Under the pieces are notes generated by a model, which saw only the letters and a program-made list of their open reading frames with translations, searched no databases and had not been told where the DNA came from. A DNA stretch of 64,000 nt from Camelus dromedarius (taxonomy: Eukaryota). The stretch spans positions 26,724,001 to 26,788,000 of the forward strand of contig NC_087437.1 of assembly GCF_036321535.1 (NCBI RefSeq), in the 5' to 3' direction. The position numbers and the translations under genes were made by a program. Shown piece by piece: positions 62,530 to 64,000 of the stretch (position 1 is the stretch's first letter; each line of letters starts with the position of its first letter).

Positions 62530-62800
62530 TTTATATCAACAAACACTTACAGAACATCTGTTCTATAGCTGGTGCTAAAGATGTTCTGGAATAAAGAGAT
62601 ACAAGACATAGTTCTTTTCCGCCCCTTTTCCCCACCTGCCCAAGTAGTTCACAGTCCAGCACAGATGACTTTCTAGGAAGCAGACATACAGAGTGATAGG
62701 CATCTTGATACAGGAAGCCACAAGGTGAATCCAAACACCCAGAGAGCAAGAAATCAGGTAAAATTCTCTGGATAGGGTGGACCTTGAAGCTGGACCCAAG
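62530..62800 (-). mobile_element. L2 LINE 3' end
   Basis: tcaacaaacacttacagaacatct...gaataaagagatacaagacatagttc...gttcacagtccag. Confidence 0.65.
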
Positions 62801-63040
62801 GAGCCAGTCCATTTTCTCAGGATGTCCTCCTTTCCTGATCAGCTCCTTTACTTCTTTAAGAATAAGCTCCCTAGTCTTCCAGCATTCACAGTAGACTATG
62901 TCTACTGTTAAAACATTTGGCATTTGAGTTTTATTTTTGTCCATGAATGATTGTTTCTCTAGGTCAGGATATGGTGCTAGAAGAGTGAAAGCCACAAAGG
63001 GAAGGAAACCAAACCAGCCGCTTAAAAAACCATCTCACAC

Positions 63041-63059
63041 TGGCCACAAGGGGGAGCAG
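63041..63059 (+). promoter_or_regulatory. CTCF core motif in non-repeat sequence
   Basis: TGGCCACAAGGGGGAGCAG versus consensus TGGCCACCAGGGGGCGCTA. Confidence 0.55.
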
Positions 63060-64000
63060 GTTAGAGATGGCTGAATTCGGGCAAATAGTTCATCACTCTT
63101 AACTAAAAACTACTAGCAGGCAGCTTAGTGTTGTGGGGCACCAGCAGAACCTTCCTATAAATGACAGCTTTGCTTACTGAGTTATTCATTTTATCCATCT
63201 GTGTAATTTTAACAATTATTTCAACACACAGGGAAAAAATAGGAAGTCTTCAGGAAAGAATACTTAAAACAAAAATTCACTAATGCAAGCATTTATTGAG
63301 TTCCTGTTATTTGCCATGGAGATTTTTAAATGATATTTGAATCATACTTTAAACCTTTTTTAAGGAGTTTTGGTCTTTGGAATTTTCTCCTTTAATTATT
63401 TGTTTATCCAGCCCCTACCTTCAAGGCATTCTAGAAGGACAATTACATAAATATCAACTCCAGTATGACACTGTGAAAATTACAATTACCCTGTGGACAA
63501 GAGTGGATCAACCTATAGAGGATGGAGCCCCACTGATTGAAGGGGAACAAAAGATTAGGTATTGATGAAACACGAGAAGAGTGGTTGTCAAACATCCTCA
63601 TAACAACCATAAATGACTCAAAGTTATCAAAAGTGGGATTTCTGGATATTTTAAATTTGTGTGTCATGCCAGAGTGTGTAGAGTTGGAGAGTGGTGTCAG
63701 AAGTTCATTTATTCATTCATAAAGGCAGTGAGCTCTTCCTTGTCCTCTAGGCTCTAAACAAATTGGCTATCTTCTGGACCTCTGGAAGAGAGATCACATT
63801 TCTGACCAAAACTTAGGGCCCATGTTCTGACAAATATAGTATCTTTATGGGGAAAATGCATTAAAGATTTAAAATCAGGGTTGTCACAGAAAATTCAGGG
63901 TGTATGGTTGCAATGGCCAGCAAAGTTCTATGGGCTTCCTGAAGGGGAGAAAAATTCCTCGTGGACAAGGAAGTCTTTTGGCCTCAAGATTAATGTGATA

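Noticed and set aside
4246..63620. Scattered AP-1 heptamers (TGA[C/G]TCA)
   Set aside because: The number seen is about what chance gives in 64 kb; no individual support.
1..64000. Naming the host gene or locus
   Set aside because: No sequence I could confidently assign to a known gene; needs BLAST or liftover of the unique blocks.

Overview
Mammalian nuclear DNA, repeat-rich and apparently non-coding (intergenic or deep intronic). Three tRNA-Ala(AGC)-derived SINEs of the Vic-1 type, cetartiodactyl-type L1 3' ends and a MER41-like LTR point to a camelid (alpaca/llama/camel); I saw no Alu, BovB/Bov-A or PRE-1. I could not identify a host protein-coding exon, RNA gene or CRISPR array; the supplied ORFs are chance ORFs or decayed/antisense retroelement frames. 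The window is a layered transposon record: an ERVL provirus fragment (LTR16-type LTR, gag, pro) whose second half is inverted; solo LTRs (LTR41/52-like, MER41-like, MLT2, LTR33, MLT1, LTR78/79-like); hAT and Tigger DNA transposons; MIR/L2/L3 relics; an old L1MC 5' half carrying a twin-primed L1 and a SINE; and a young L1 with an internal deletion and a templated junction. Candidate functional signals are three co-oriented CTCF motifs, a CpG-rich old LTR, several splice-site-flanked small exon candidates and repeat-free enhancer-like blocks. I found no convincing new biological system; the best leads are structural and regulatory. Repeat family names come from my recall of consensus sequences, not from a database search, and many boundaries are approximate.
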